Assembly (NCBI GenBank): GCA_035268885.1
Contig: DATFKA010000149.1
Span: forward strand, 1-54,103
DNA: 54,103 bases
Direction of reading: 5' to 3'
From: Saprospiraceae bacterium
GTDB lineage: Bacteria > Bacteroidota > Bacteroidia > Chitinophagales > Saprospiraceae
Shown here: in pieces, positions 29,459-39,143 of the stretch
Layout of the letters: every line of letters starts with the position of its first letter
Position numbering within the stretch: the first letter of the stretch is position 1
The notes under the pieces: model-generated
What the model was told of the DNA's origin: nothing
What the model saw: the letters and a program-made list of their open reading frames with translations, nothing else
Databases searched by the model: none
Translations under genes and position numbers: made by a program

Positions 29459-29922
29459 ATTTCCATTTCATTTAAACCATTACCGCCCAACACCTCCTGT
29501 GCCAGATCGGAAAAATCTTCCGGTTCGCTTTCGAGCATTAGATCATACTGCTCTTTTGCCCATACTTCAATGCGGTCGTTAACCGCGGCCAGAATGACTT
29601 CTTTCTCAATTCCGGCGTATTCACAAAGCCTTTTGTTGACCAGTACCCGATCCGCGCTGTCCAGTGATAACTTTTGGGCGCCCCGGTAAAAATAGCGTTG
29701 AAACTCCCGCTGCTTACGGTTGTACTGATTCAACTGACTGACCTGCTCAGAAATCACATCCCAAACTTCCTCCGGATAAAGCACCAGACACTTTTCAAAT
29801 CCGCGGTTAATGACGAAAGTATGTACCTCGGCTTCTCCAAGCTGACTAATCAGTCCACTTGGCAGCCGCATGCGCCCTTTGGCGTCTAATTTGCAATCAT
29901 ATTCTCCTAAAAGTTGCTGCAT
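29455..29922 (-). CDS. mraZ: transcriptional regulator MraZ
   Basis: 155 aa with duplicated DxxxR-containing halves (KGRMRLPSGLISQL); 4-bp overlap with rsmH; first gene of the cluster. Confidence 0.9.
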   Translation of the reverse strand: MQQLLGEYDCKLDAKGRMRLPSGLISQLGEAEVHTFVINRGFEKCLVLYPEEVWDVISEQVSQLNQYNRKQREFQRYFYRGAQKLSLDSADRVLVNKRLCEYAGIEKEVILAAVNDRIEVWAKEQYDLMLESEPEDFSDLAQEVLGGNGLNEMEI

Positions 29923-30074
29923 AGGTATACTTTCCCCATTTAAGGATAATCAAATATAACAAGTATTTTCCACAAATTCCCACATTTTACCACAAAAAAT
30001 CACTTTGCCTGATACTTCTTACCACTTTTTAAAAAAATTGGTTCCTAAAAGGGCCCATTTTTTGGGTAAACCCC

Positions 30075-30096
30075 ATAAAAAAGCCCCAATCGGGGC
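30075..30096 (-). terminator. Rho-independent terminator downstream of flotillin gene
   Basis: gcccc-aatc-ggggc hairpin followed on the minus strand by tttttt; 130 nt downstream of the stop at 30226. Confidence 0.5.
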
Positions 30097-30225
30097 GATA
30101 ATGGCCGATTGGAGCTTTTAATTTTCCCACTTCAATCGTGGGAAAGGGTGGGAAGATTTAATTATTTTTAGGTATTAAGTAGGTTGCCCAATTAAATCAA
30201 GCAATAATCTGCGTCAGTATGGGGT

Positions 30226-32340
30226 CTATTCGATCAGATCGCGAACGGACTGCCCGCCGAGGCCAAGGTGCTCAACCTGCTCCATGAGAGAGGCGACGGT
30301 CGATTTATCTTTGCCCTTAAGTTGCTCGCTGAGGCGCAGTAGTAATCCAGCCAGGGTCAGATCCTTAATGGTATCAGCCGTAAAGCCCGCCCGCAGTGCA
30401 ATCTCCTTAACCTGGTTGATCAATCCCTTACTGCTGCCATTACCAATGAGCGCCTGCTTGACATCCTGCAAGTGACTACTGTTGCCAATCAGGCTATCGA
30501 TCTTTTTGCCACGGTTGACGGCATCGAGGATGCCATTGACAAACTGCATTTCGCCGCCGACGATATCGATATTGGCATTACGCAGCGCCTCGGAGAGTAC
30601 CATGGCCTGTGATTCGGCCACGTCTTTCTGTACGTTGATCTGCGCCAGCTCGATCGCTTTCTCTTTCTCCAGACGTAGCTTGAATTCTTCGTGCTCTTTG
30701 CCCACGCCATCCAGCTTTTGCATAGCCAGGGCCTTCTGTTCGACGCCCTTGGCTTCGGCGTTGAGTTTTTCCTCCAGTACTTTGGCTTCGACCAGTCCTT
30801 TTTGCTCTTCGACCTCGGCTTCCATGACCCCCTGCTTTTTGAGGGCTTCGGCACGTAGTTCGATCGCTTTGGCTTCGGCACCGGCTTTCTTTTCCATGAC
30901 ATTAGCTTCGAGAGTGCCTTCCAGTTCCATGGCTTGTGCCTTGGCTTCAATGACTTGTGCCTCGGAGAGCCCGATGGTCGCTTCTTCAGCGGCTTTGGCT
31001 TCGGCACTGATCTTACGGGCTTCGGCTTCCCGGCTAGCCGCTTCTTTTTCCGCTTCGGCCTCGATCAGCTTAGTTTCGGCAGCAATGGCAGCGGCCTGCT
31101 TATCGGCTTCGGCTTTGCGCTGCAGCTCGATGATAGTCGCATCCCCTTTAGCCTCGGATTCGATGATGGTTTTGTCTTTTAGTCGTTGGGCTTCCGCCAA
31201 AACGCGCGTATCTTTGATGCGCTCTTCTTCTTCGACGACTTTTTTCTCGACCATAATACGTTCGCGGATCACATCCTGGATATTCTTGCGCTCTTCTTCG
31301 ATGGCACGCTCTTTCTCAATATCAGCCAGGGCGACGATTTTTTCCCGCTCGGTCTGTTCGAGCATACGGTCTTTCTCGACGCGCTCATTTTCGACCGCTT
31401 CGGTACGTTCCCGGTTTTTGAGGGCGACGATCACCTGGCGCTGCATATTCTCCTCCGCAATCTGCAGTTCTTCTTCCGTTTTGATCCGAACGCTTTCGGA
31501 GCGCAGGCGCTCTTCCTCGTTGATCTTGGCGATCTCCGCGTTTTCGCGAGCCTTGATATTCGCGATTTCCCGTCTTTGGCGCTCTTCCTTTTCGGCCAGC
31601 TGCCGCTCGTACTCCAGGATAGCTTCGCGGGCTTCCACGTTTTGCTCCTTGAGGGTTTTCTCTTCTTCGCGACGGATGAAATTGGCCTTCACCTTTTGCT
31701 GAGCCGTCAGGTCGGTAATCTTCCTAATACCTTCGGCATCGAGGATATTATCTTCCTTCAGGTAGGCCAGATCGGTTTGCTCCAGATAGTCGATCGAGCA
31801 ATCGTCAAGTTTGTACCCATTTAGGTATTCACCAATGGTATTTTGGATTTCCTGGTTAAATTTTTCGCGGTTGTCGTAGAGCTCCACAAAGTCAAAGCGC
31901 TTACCGACGGTCTTAATCGCTTCTGAGAACTTTGCTTCGAAGAGCTCGCGTAGAATTTGCGGATCGGAGGCGCGTTCACAGCCGATGGCCTGGGCGACCT
32001 TTTTGATATCATCCGCATCTTTATTAATCCGCACAAAGAAGACGACTTTGATATCCGCCCGGATATTGTCCTTACAAATTAACCCTTCTTCTTTCATCCG
32101 GACGATTTCGATGGTTTTCACCGAAAGGTCCATGGTCTCGAAAATCTCGATAACCGGAATGACCAGCAGGCCGTTCTCAAAAGCCACTCTGGTTTTGCGC
32201 AAACCGGTGGCAATAATCGCTTTGCCCTGGGGTACCTTTTTGTACCAGCGGGCAAGTAGCAGCAGCATACCAAAGAGGACACCAATAAAGATGATCACCC
32301 CAATTTGGACCGCACTCATAAAAGCTTGTAGTAGGATCAT
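30226..32340 (-). CDS. flotillin-like SPFH/band-7 protein with long Ala/Glu/Lys-rich coiled-coil (YqiK-like)
   Basis: 704 aa; N-terminal TM, SPFH domain, then ~350 aa of EAEA/KAEA heptad-like low-complexity sequence; preceded by an NfeD-like gene as in yqiJ-yqiK. Confidence 0.8.
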   Translation of the reverse strand: MILLQAFMSAVQIGVIIFIGVLFGMLLLLARWYKKVPQGKAIIATGLRKTRVAFENGLLVIPVIEIFETMDLSVKTIEIVRMKEEGLICKDNIRADIKVVFFVRINKDADDIKKVAQAIGCERASDPQILRELFEAKFSEAIKTVGKRFDFVELYDNREKFNQEIQNTIGEYLNGYKLDDCSIDYLEQTDLAYLKEDNILDAEGIRKITDLTAQQKVKANFIRREEEKTLKEQNVEAREAILEYERQLAEKEERQRREIANIKARENAEIAKINEEERLRSESVRIKTEEELQIAEENMQRQVIVALKNRERTEAVENERVEKDRMLEQTEREKIVALADIEKERAIEEERKNIQDVIRERIMVEKKVVEEEERIKDTRVLAEAQRLKDKTIIESEAKGDATIIELQRKAEADKQAAAIAAETKLIEAEAEKEAASREAEARKISAEAKAAEEATIGLSEAQVIEAKAQAMELEGTLEANVMEKKAGAEAKAIELRAEALKKQGVMEAEVEEQKGLVEAKVLEEKLNAEAKGVEQKALAMQKLDGVGKEHEEFKLRLEKEKAIELAQINVQKDVAESQAMVLSEALRNANIDIVGGEMQFVNGILDAVNRGKKIDSLIGNSSHLQDVKQALIGNGSSKGLINQVKEIALRAGFTADTIKDLTLAGLLLRLSEQLKGKDKSTVASLMEQVEHLGLGGQSVRDLIE

Positions 32341-32384
32341 GGTTTTTTATGTTTTGAAGGTTTTTATGTTTTAATCACTCTTGA

Positions 32385-33047
32385 TCAGATCATCATTTCG
32401 CGTTGTACCAGGAAGTAGCGCTGATCTTTGGTTTTGCCAATGATACGGGCCGTGTCCCCACGGGCCAGGGGCACATCGTCACTTTCTGTTTTTACTTCGA
32501 TCAGCAATACATCCCCATCGATAGCCACTTCGGCCTGCCCAAATTTGGAGGCGGAAGCGCCCATGCGCAATTTGCACAAGCGGCCGATATAATCAACCGA
32601 TTCAGCTGCCGTATTCATTTTTGCGAAAAGCGGTACAAAGGGTGTACTCAATAGCTTACCAATAATCAGGCTCACAAACAGGATTGGAATGATCATGGCT
32701 ACCGGAAACCACCAGGCTCCTGGATTGAAGTATTCGTTCAGGCCAATCGAGGCGATCCAGGCCGGTACCACCACAAAGCTCAGCAGTACCATAAATGGTA
32801 GCTTACCAAAGTTGAAGAAGTGCAGGGCGCCGGCCATCCAGCCGGCAGAAGTACCTACTTCACTATCTACGTCCAGCTCGGCATCTACGTCCAGGTCTAC
32901 CTCGGCGTCGACGTCAAAGTCCAGGTCCAGGGCACCCAGATCGATGGCACCGAGGAATACCGATAACCAGTACAAGAGGACGACCCCTAAGAGTATTGTG
33001 TATACCACGTTCTCCGGGGAGAACGCCGCTTGCCAAAGTGCTTCCAT
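32385..33047 (-). CDS. NfeD-like/YqiJ-family membrane protein (OB-fold C-terminus) partnered with flotillin
   Basis: 220 aa; TM helices, acidic repeat DLDFDVDAEVDLDVDAELDVDSEV, C-terminal beta-rich segment (EVAIDGDVLLIEVKTESDDVPLARGDTARIIG) typical of NfeD OB domains. Confidence 0.55.
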   Translation of the reverse strand: MEALWQAAFSPENVVYTILLGVVLLYWLSVFLGAIDLGALDLDFDVDAEVDLDVDAELDVDSEVGTSAGWMAGALHFFNFGKLPFMVLLSFVVVPAWIASIGLNEYFNPGAWWFPVAMIIPILFVSLIIGKLLSTPFVPLFAKMNTAAESVDYIGRLCKLRMGASASKFGQAEVAIDGDVLLIEVKTESDDVPLARGDTARIIGKTKDQRYFLVQREMMI

Positions 33048-33074
33048 GGTCTTAAATATTTGTACGTGATGAAA

Positions 33075-33215
33075 TTAGCGATAGCTGGAACGAATCCGTT
33101 TGGAGCGACCGAATATCAGATAAATGACGGGCCCGATAAAGGGTATCGCAAGTAAGAACAGTAATGGCAAAAACCATAAGAAAAAAGCTTGCGGATGGTT
33201 GGCTAAATAAATCAT
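33075..33215 (-). CDS. small PLDc_N-like membrane protein (46 aa)
   Basis: MIYLANHPQAFFLWFLPLLFLLAIPFIGPVIYLIFGRSKRIRSSYR; the hydrophobic helix plus P-x-x-G-P-x-x-Y-L-x-F-G-R motif matches the PLD-nuclease N-terminal small-protein family; a different frame from the 64-aa track ORF 33052-33246. Confidence 0.45.
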   Translation of the reverse strand: MIYLANHPQAFFLWFLPLLFLLAIPFIGPVIYLIFGRSKRIRSSYR

Positions 33216-33420
33216 GTGTGCGTAATTTAAATAGGGCGTTTTCCAATAATAGATGGGGAACGCAATCGTTTTATAATCAACTGTATCTAATAATATTATT
33301 TTTAGTCGAAGCCATCCATTTTTCTCGGCTAATGCCAGAAAAAATCCGATAAATGTTAAATTCTGTTAAATTAGTGGTGTCTTTACACTTTTAGCTCCGA
33401 ATTTTTCTAAAATCCAAGCG

Positions 33421-34143
33421 ATGAGCCCACATCAACCACTATTTTTCAAGCGCATCTTACAACGCTACGAAGCCTACCTGGGCGAGTTTGTCTACGGCGG
33501 GATTGATGGTAGTGTAACCACCTTTGCGGTAGTCGCCGGCTCCGTGGGGGCGGGTCTGGATAGCGCCATCATTATCATATTGGGTTTTGCCAATCTGCTG
33601 GCTGACGGTTTTTCCATGTCGGTTGGGGCCTACTTATCGACCCGGTCGGAAGCCGCCAACCGGGAAAAAGTGCGCCTGCGAAAGGCTATTTTTATAGAGA
33701 ACAAGCCGGGTGAAGCCAGACAACAATTAAAAAAAGTCTATCTGGAAAAAGGCCTCTCCGAAGAGCAAAGTGATCAATTAGCCAACTTAGTTACGGAAAA
33801 TCAATCGCTATCGGAAGAAATACTACTAGCCGAGGAAGGTGTTTTCCGGCAACACAAATCTCCGATTGCCGTGGGGCTGGCGACCTACGTATCCTTTATT
33901 ATCATTGGCCTGATCCCCCTACTGGTTTATCTGTGGGATTACCTGGGTGATTTTGCAGGGGATATCTTCCTTTGGGCAAGTATTTTGACGGGTTTGGGTT
34001 TTATTCTCATTGGCTCCTTAAAAAGCTACGTCACGGAATCTTCTTTACTCCGGGGGGTACTGGAGACCCTGGCACTGGGGGCGATTGCGGCCCTGGTGGC
34101 CTACTTCGTAGGGGATATTTTGGAGAAGTTGGTACTGGGTTAG
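33421..34143 (+). CDS. VIT1/CCC1-family Fe/Mn transporter
   Basis: 240 aa; [15 protein letters not shown] and [17 protein letters not shown] motifs typical of the VIT family. Confidence 0.8.
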   Translation: MSPHQPLFFKRILQRYEAYLGEFVYGGIDGSVTTFAVVAGSVGAGLDSAIIIILGFANLLADGFSMSVGAYLSTRSEAANREKVRLRKAIFIENKPGEARQQLKKVYLEKGLSEEQSDQLANLVTENQSLSEEILLAEEGVFRQHKSPIAVGLATYVSFIIIGLIPLLVYLWDYLGDFAGDIFLWASILTGLGFILIGSLKSYVTESSLLRGVLETLALGAIAALVAYFVGDILEKLVLG

Positions 34144-34243
34144 TCGAATAAATTGGCTTTTGGTCGATATTTTCGTTACTTTCATTACTTATATCGTCCT
34201 AATAATACCTTATTTTCCAGAGACTTAATATCCTTTTTTAGAG

Positions 34244-35242
34244 ATGCCACTACGCTTCTTCATACTCGTATTCCTCATCTACTGCTGTCGGCCCTGCGCG
34301 GCACAGCTGAGGGTAGATGGTGTACTGGATGCAGAAAAGCGTTTTTGTAATCCTGGTATTATGGGAAAATCCCGAAGCCGGGGTGTAGAAATTCGATATA
34401 CCCGCCTGCCGGGTGCCCCCCTGCAGTACAAGAGTGGAGAGGGATACACCCCCAAAGCCATCGAAGGGGTAGAGCAGCTCAGCTTCAAATTGAAGCTGCC
34501 GCTGGTGAATCGTCCCGACTGGAAAGTACTACTTGGCTTTAGCCACCAACCGGAGACTATCTTTTTTGACGCTTCCCAGGAAACCGCCACCCAATCCATC
34601 TTTAACGACATGCACGACGCGCGCTTAAAAAGAAGCGGGATTGGCCTTTACGTCGTCAAGGTGGTTGATGAAAATGAATATTTAGGCTTTACCGCCAAAT
34701 TAAACCAAAGTGGAGATTTTGATCAACTGATCAATTTTGGCCGGGAATACCGGGCCGTGAATATCAATATAGCCCGTGCTTTTAAAGAAAGCGAAGACTT
34801 TGAATGGGGCTACGGTATTGCCTTTAGCAGTAATTTCCGTCGGACCCTGGCCTTACCTTTTATTATTTACAATCGCAACTTCAACGAAGATTGGGGTATA
34901 GAATCCATTTTCCCCGGCTACGTCAATGTACGCAGAAATATTACTTCAAAAACTATTCTGCTGGGCGGCTATCAATTTAACAGCCGCAATTACGCCATCA
35001 ATCACGATCGGCAGCCAACAAACGGACCCGTAGATTATCATTTGAATCACTCCGAAATTCAATTTGGCTTTACCCTGGAACAGCAGATTGTCCCCTGGGT
35101 ATGGTTCGATGTGCAAGCTGGCTACCAGTATAATTTTGCCACCCGGCTCGAAGCCCAGACCGAAGAATTCAGTTCTTTCCAGGTACGCCCGGGGCATACA
35201 CCCTATTTTGGGCTAAGTTTCTTTTTGTCCCCACCTAGATAA
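34244..35242 (+). CDS. hypothetical outer-membrane beta-barrel-like protein
   Basis: 332 aa; signal peptide; alternating amphipathic beta-strand-like segments; no named domain recognised. Confidence 0.5.
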   Translation: MPLRFFILVFLIYCCRPCAAQLRVDGVLDAEKRFCNPGIMGKSRSRGVEIRYTRLPGAPLQYKSGEGYTPKAIEGVEQLSFKLKLPLVNRPDWKVLLGFSHQPETIFFDASQETATQSIFNDMHDARLKRSGIGLYVVKVVDENEYLGFTAKLNQSGDFDQLINFGREYRAVNINIARAFKESEDFEWGYGIAFSSNFRRTLALPFIIYNRNFNEDWGIESIFPGYVNVRRNITSKTILLGGYQFNSRNYAINHDRQPTNGPVDYHLNHSEIQFGFTLEQQIVPWVWFDVQAGYQYNFATRLEAQTEEFSSFQVRPGHTPYFGLSFFLSPPR

Positions 35243-35309
35243 GTGTCGTGTGTCGTGTTTGTTTATTATATTGGAGCCGAAAGACCTTCAACTACGAAAT
35301 ACTTTTCTG

Positions 35310-35831
35310 ATGGATTTAGCTTCCACTATGCGCGACCTGATTCAGGAGGTGCCTGGCTTTCCCAAGCCCGGTATACTATTCAAAGATATTACGCCTATCT
35401 TCTCTGAGCCCGAGGTCTGCGCGGCGATTAGTCAACACATTGCCCGTCGATTCCCAGACATTGATGCCATTGCCGGCATTGAATCGCGGGGCTTTTTCTG
35501 GGGTATGCTGGTTGCGCAGGAGCTACAAATTCCTTTTGTCCCCATCCGTAAGGCGGGTAAATTACCACGCGCAACGCGTCGGCAGTCCTACAACCTGGAG
35601 TACGGCGAGGCAGCTTTAGAAATCCACGAAGATGCTATTCTACCCAATTGGCAAGTTTTAATCCACGACGACCTATTGGCGACGGGTGGTACCGCACGGG
35701 CAGCGGCTCATCTGGTTAATCAGTTGGGGCAGTGCGTGGGATTTAGTTTCTTAGTGGAGCTGAGCTTTTTGCAGGGCCGTGAGCAGCTGTCACACCTTGG
35801 GCTGGAGATAGACACGCTACTTGAGTATTAA
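35310..35831 (+). CDS. apt: adenine phosphoribosyltransferase
   Basis: Start at MDLASTMRDLIQEVPGFPKPGILFKDITPIF matches Apt N-termini; PRPP motif VLIHDDLLATGGTA; the track ORF extends 20 codons further upstream (35250). Confidence 0.88.
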   Translation: MDLASTMRDLIQEVPGFPKPGILFKDITPIFSEPEVCAAISQHIARRFPDIDAIAGIESRGFFWGMLVAQELQIPFVPIRKAGKLPRATRRQSYNLEYGEAALEIHEDAILPNWQVLIHDDLLATGGTARAAAHLVNQLGQCVGFSFLVELSFLQGREQLSHLGLEIDTLLEY

Positions 35832-35916
35832 AAACGAGCTCTAACTCGATCCCCCTTTTGTGTATCTGGCGGTTTAGTATTTGCGTAAGCACCTACCCCA
35901 GGAGGGATTAGTTGTA

Positions 35917-36984
35917 TCAGGAGGAGAAGCGCTTAATTAATTTACCATAATCCCTGATACTTTTAACGACCTTTAGCATCTCGGGTACTGGCATGGGCGC
36001 CACACCCTTTTGGGCATTACGAAAGCTGATCTCCTGCACCAGTTTCCAATGGCGAATAATGGTGCGCAGCGCTTCGAAGTAAGATATCTTAGTCGAATCG
36101 TAGATGTGGGTAGGTTCGGCAAAGACGCCGTTCAATTCGATAATCTTAAAGTTTTTCCCTTGCCGCAGGTCGTCCAGACTCTGACACTTGATGTCGAAGC
36201 GGCCGTAGTAAAAGCCATCAACGTGGCGGGCCAAACGATCGAACTCTTCGGTTAGGGCGGCGTCAATCTGATCATTGCCATTGATAAAGAGCGTACCTTT
36301 GGAGTGGTTTCCGACCACACCCAGGTTGACTTTTTCGCCGGGAGCGGGAACCGAAACCAGAAGATCGGCATACATTTCTTGTAGCCTTTCCATCTGTAAG
36401 AGTGCCCGGGGGTTATTCTCCACCAGCTCGGCAACGGTCGATTGACCGTCTCCGACCACGTGTAAAAACTCTTTTAGTGTCAGCGAAATAATCTTCCCTT
36501 TCTCCTCGTCGGGCATGCGGGAGTAGAAGACCCCCACTTCTTCCGGATACTGTAAAAATTCCTGAATTAAAAAGTCGATAGGATATTGATGAATATAGCT
36601 ACTGAGCTGCTCAAAATTGTCTACTTTCTTAACGAGCAGGCCCCGAAATCCGACGTTTGGTTTAACGATCATGGGGAAAGTCAGGCTAGTCTGATCGAGG
36701 GCTTTTTCAATGTCCTGAGTCGGCGTACCATTGGGTACAAAAACGGACTCCGGACAGAGTGCCTCCGGAAACATCTCCAGGGTGTGGAACTTAGACTCCA
36801 TACACATTCCCCCACCTTCGAGACCGGGGTTGGCAGGGGTGAAAAAGCAAATATGCTTGGGCCGAATCGCCAGGTAGGGACCATAAAAAAACATTGGCCA
36901 GTAAAAGGCCAGGGAGGGCCAGTATTCCCACTGGGTCAGTTTAATAAAACCCGGTTTCTGTTTAATTTGATTCCACCACTTCAC
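35917..36984 (-). CDS. ATP-grasp domain protein (ligase-like), function unknown
   Basis: 355 aa; ATP-grasp features MIVKPNVGFRGLLVKKV and IELNGVFAEPTH; 23-bp overlap with the upstream NRDE gene. Confidence 0.6.
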   Translation of the reverse strand: MKWWNQIKQKPGFIKLTQWEYWPSLAFYWPMFFYGPYLAIRPKHICFFTPANPGLEGGGMCMESKFHTLEMFPEALCPESVFVPNGTPTQDIEKALDQTSLTFPMIVKPNVGFRGLLVKKVDNFEQLSSYIHQYPIDFLIQEFLQYPEEVGVFYSRMPDEEKGKIISLTLKEFLHVVGDGQSTVAELVENNPRALLQMERLQEMYADLLVSVPAPGEKVNLGVVGNHSKGTLFINGNDQIDAALTEEFDRLARHVDGFYYGRFDIKCQSLDDLRQGKNFKIIELNGVFAEPTHIYDSTKISYFEALRTIIRHWKLVQEISFRNAQKGVAPMPVPEMLKVVKSIRDYGKLIKRFSS

Positions 36985-37690
36985 CTTCTAATGTTATTTT
37001 AGCTTGCTTAAAATTATCGTTGACCAGATCGTAATAGTCCATTCGGATCTCCGAATAGTCATTAATAATCTGAGTGATACTTACCGTTTGTACAAATCCG
37101 CCACGGTTCATCACCACATCGTTCCAGGCGTCTCCTTCGCCCGCATTCCTATGGAAATCCATAATTTGCGGGGGCCCGGCTTGCACCACCTGGTTTTGCC
37201 AGGCTTTGAACCATTGCTTGCGTTTCTGAATAACCTTGGGCGAATAAAGCGTAGCCGATGCCCAAAGATGTTTTTCCTGTGGGTCGAGTACCTTCACATG
37301 CCTGCGAGTGCCATCCCAACGCAGCTCCGTGAGTGCCATTTGCTCACATAAAATTAAGGTAAATGGCTCAATCTTACAAAAATCATAATTTTTGGCGAAA
37401 TCTGCTAATGCCTGGTACTCAAAAGCTTCCAACAAAATCAGCCCCCGGCTCTTCCGGTAGGGCGGGTCGTGTCGGTGGTAGCGAAAGGCACCATTGAGCA
37501 AACAGACCACCCGGTTTTTATCAGAAGTGGCAATCCAGGTGCCACCTGCCTCCGTATCGCGGGGAAACAACGTACCTTGCCCGTACATATTTTTTTCCGT
37601 GATCTCCCGGGGGGACCGATGTGGGGCTTCGTCGCGATTAGAAGTCAGAATAAAGCCCTTTTTTTGTGGTACGTAAGTAACGGTACACAT
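36962..37690 (-). CDS. NRDE-family protein (TANGO2-like; putative N-terminal-Cys hydrolase fold)
   Basis: 242 aa beginning MCTVTYVP and containing the eponymous LTSNRDE motif. Confidence 0.7.
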   Translation of the reverse strand: MCTVTYVPQKKGFILTSNRDEAPHRSPREITEKNMYGQGTLFPRDTEAGGTWIATSDKNRVVCLLNGAFRYHRHDPPYRKSRGLILLEAFEYQALADFAKNYDFCKIEPFTLILCEQMALTELRWDGTRRHVKVLDPQEKHLWASATLYSPKVIQKRKQWFKAWQNQVVQAGPPQIMDFHRNAGEGDAWNDVVMNRGGFVQTVSITQIINDYSEIRMDYYDLVNDNFKQAKITLEGEVVESN

Positions 37691-37747
37691 GATCAGTTAT
37701 TGAATGGTTGAATTTTGAATGCTGATTTACCGAATTACTACGCCCGG

Positions 37748-38422
37748 CTAGTCGTAGAAAACAGCGACCTCTTCCAGTGCTTTTCGCTGTAATACGGGCA
37801 CCTGGGCATCCTCGGCGGGGTAGCCCACGGGCAATAGTAAATAAGGCCGCTCATTAGTGGGTCGATTAAGTATCTTTTGCAGAAAATTCATGGGGCTGGG
37901 GGTATGAGTAAGGGTAACCAGCCCGGCGTTATGAATGGCCGAAATAAGAAAGCCACAGGCGATACCCACCGACTCGTTCACGTAATAGTTCTTATGTTTT
38001 TCTCCATCGGCTCCGATTTCGTAAGCTTTCTTGAAAACTACGATCAGGTAGGGCGCAATCTCCAGAAAGGGCTTATGCCAATCGGTGTCAAATTTGGCCA
38101 GGTCGTTCAGCCACTCTTCCGACATTCGCCCGTGATAATTTTCGTATTCCTCGGCTTCCGCGGCTTCGCGAATCTCTTCTTGTAGCTTTGGGTTGGCAAT
38201 AACACAGAAGGTCCAGGGCTGTTTGTGGGCACCGGAGGGTGCGGAGCTGGCCGTCAGCAGGATATGCTCGATCACTTCCCGGGGTACAGCTTTGTCTGAA
38301 AATTCACGCACGGAGCGTCGTTGATCCATGAATTCATAATAGTCCCGGCTACGCTCAATAGCTGTTTTTGTATCATAATTCAGGCCGGGATAAGGTCGAA
38401 ACACTTTTTGAGTCTCTGACAT
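37748..38422 (-). CDS. nitroreductase-superfamily flavoprotein (iodotyrosine-deiodinase/BluB-like subgroup suspected)
   Basis: 224 aa; RRSVREF motif, KQPWTFCVI, length and layout of the nitroreductase fold; subgroup assignment is inference. Confidence 0.7.
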   Translation of the reverse strand: MSETQKVFRPYPGLNYDTKTAIERSRDYYEFMDQRRSVREFSDKAVPREVIEHILLTASSAPSGAHKQPWTFCVIANPKLQEEIREAAEAEEYENYHGRMSEEWLNDLAKFDTDWHKPFLEIAPYLIVVFKKAYEIGADGEKHKNYYVNESVGIACGFLISAIHNAGLVTLTHTPSPMNFLQKILNRPTNERPYLLLPVGYPAEDAQVPVLQRKALEEVAVFYD

Positions 38423-38427
38423 AGACG

Positions 38428-39114
38428 TTATGGATTAGATTGGCTGACCGGAATGATCTTGCCATTAAACAATCGCTGCGCCGTAGTGGCAAACTGCGCT
38501 ACAAAGGTACCCATTTCCTCGCTATTTGTGGGCGCGGAATAACCCGGAAAGGCCGATTCCAGCATTTCGGTCTGTACTGCCCCCAGTGCCAGGCAGTTGA
38601 CGGCCACTTTTTGCTCTCGTAATTCTACCGCCAAACTTTCGGTAAGGGTAGCCAGTGCCCCTTTACTGGCGGAGTAGGCCGCGAGTCCCAGAAATTTTTG
38701 GCTCCCCGGATAGCCTCCCATACTGCCGATATTCAGGATATGAGCTTGTGGGCTTTTCGCCAAAAAAGGCAGACAAAGGCGGATTAATTCCACCACGGCA
38801 AAGACATTCACCTGAAAAGAATTTTGCCAGTCTTCCGAACTTAAGTCCAGAAAAGGCTTATTGACCAAAAGCCCCGCATTATTGATCAGGATATCCAGTC
38901 CCCCTATTTTCTCAATCGCCCCGGTAAGGCGGGCCTGATCCAGCTTTACCAGGTCCTGAGGAAGTGGAAAAATATTACCGGCAGCCTGCTCAGCCAGGGC
39001 CTCCAATCGCTCGGCATTGCGTGCCAACGCGAGTACCCGATGGCCTGCTTGTGCTAATTGTAATGCGGTATCGTATCCTATGCCACGGCTGGCGCCGGTG
39101 ATGAGTATTTTCAT
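38428..39114 (-). CDS. SDR-family NAD(P)-dependent oxidoreductase
   Basis: 228 aa; TGASRGIG cofactor motif, NNAG, YSASK catalytic motif. Confidence 0.85.
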   Translation of the reverse strand: MKILITGASRGIGYDTALQLAQAGHRVLALARNAERLEALAEQAAGNIFPLPQDLVKLDQARLTGAIEKIGGLDILINNAGLLVNKPFLDLSSEDWQNSFQVNVFAVVELIRLCLPFLAKSPQAHILNIGSMGGYPGSQKFLGLAAYSASKGALATLTESLAVELREQKVAVNCLALGAVQTEMLESAFPGYSAPTNSEEMGTFVAQFATTAQRLFNGKIIPVSQSNP

Positions 39115-39136
39115 GTGTCGTATGTCGTGTGTCGGG
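39114..39136. repeat. tandem heptamer repeat (TRTGTCG)x3 between the two SDR genes
   Basis: gtgtcgt atgtcgt gtgtcgg beginning at the start codon of the 38428-39114 gene. Confidence 0.85.
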
Positions 39137-39143
39137 TAATGGT

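Noticed and set aside
30482-31824. Long plus-strand ORFs (406 aa Ser/Ala/Phe-rich, 212 aa, and several about 80 aa) antisense to the flotillin gene
   Set aside because: They lie entirely within the low-complexity GAA/GCN-rich coiled-coil coding region; their antisense translation gives stop-free Ser/Leu/Phe repeats. The flotillin frame carries the recognisable SPFH domain.
33052-33246. 64-aa minus-strand ORF from the track
   Set aside because: No features. A different frame in the same place encodes a 46-aa peptide with a clear PLDc_N-type motif, which I prefer.
33247-33420. Possible Mn (yybP-ykoY) riboswitch upstream of the VIT1-family transporter
   Set aside because: I could not find the conserved yybP-ykoY strings or a convincing four-way-junction fold by eye; would need an Infernal scan to revisit.
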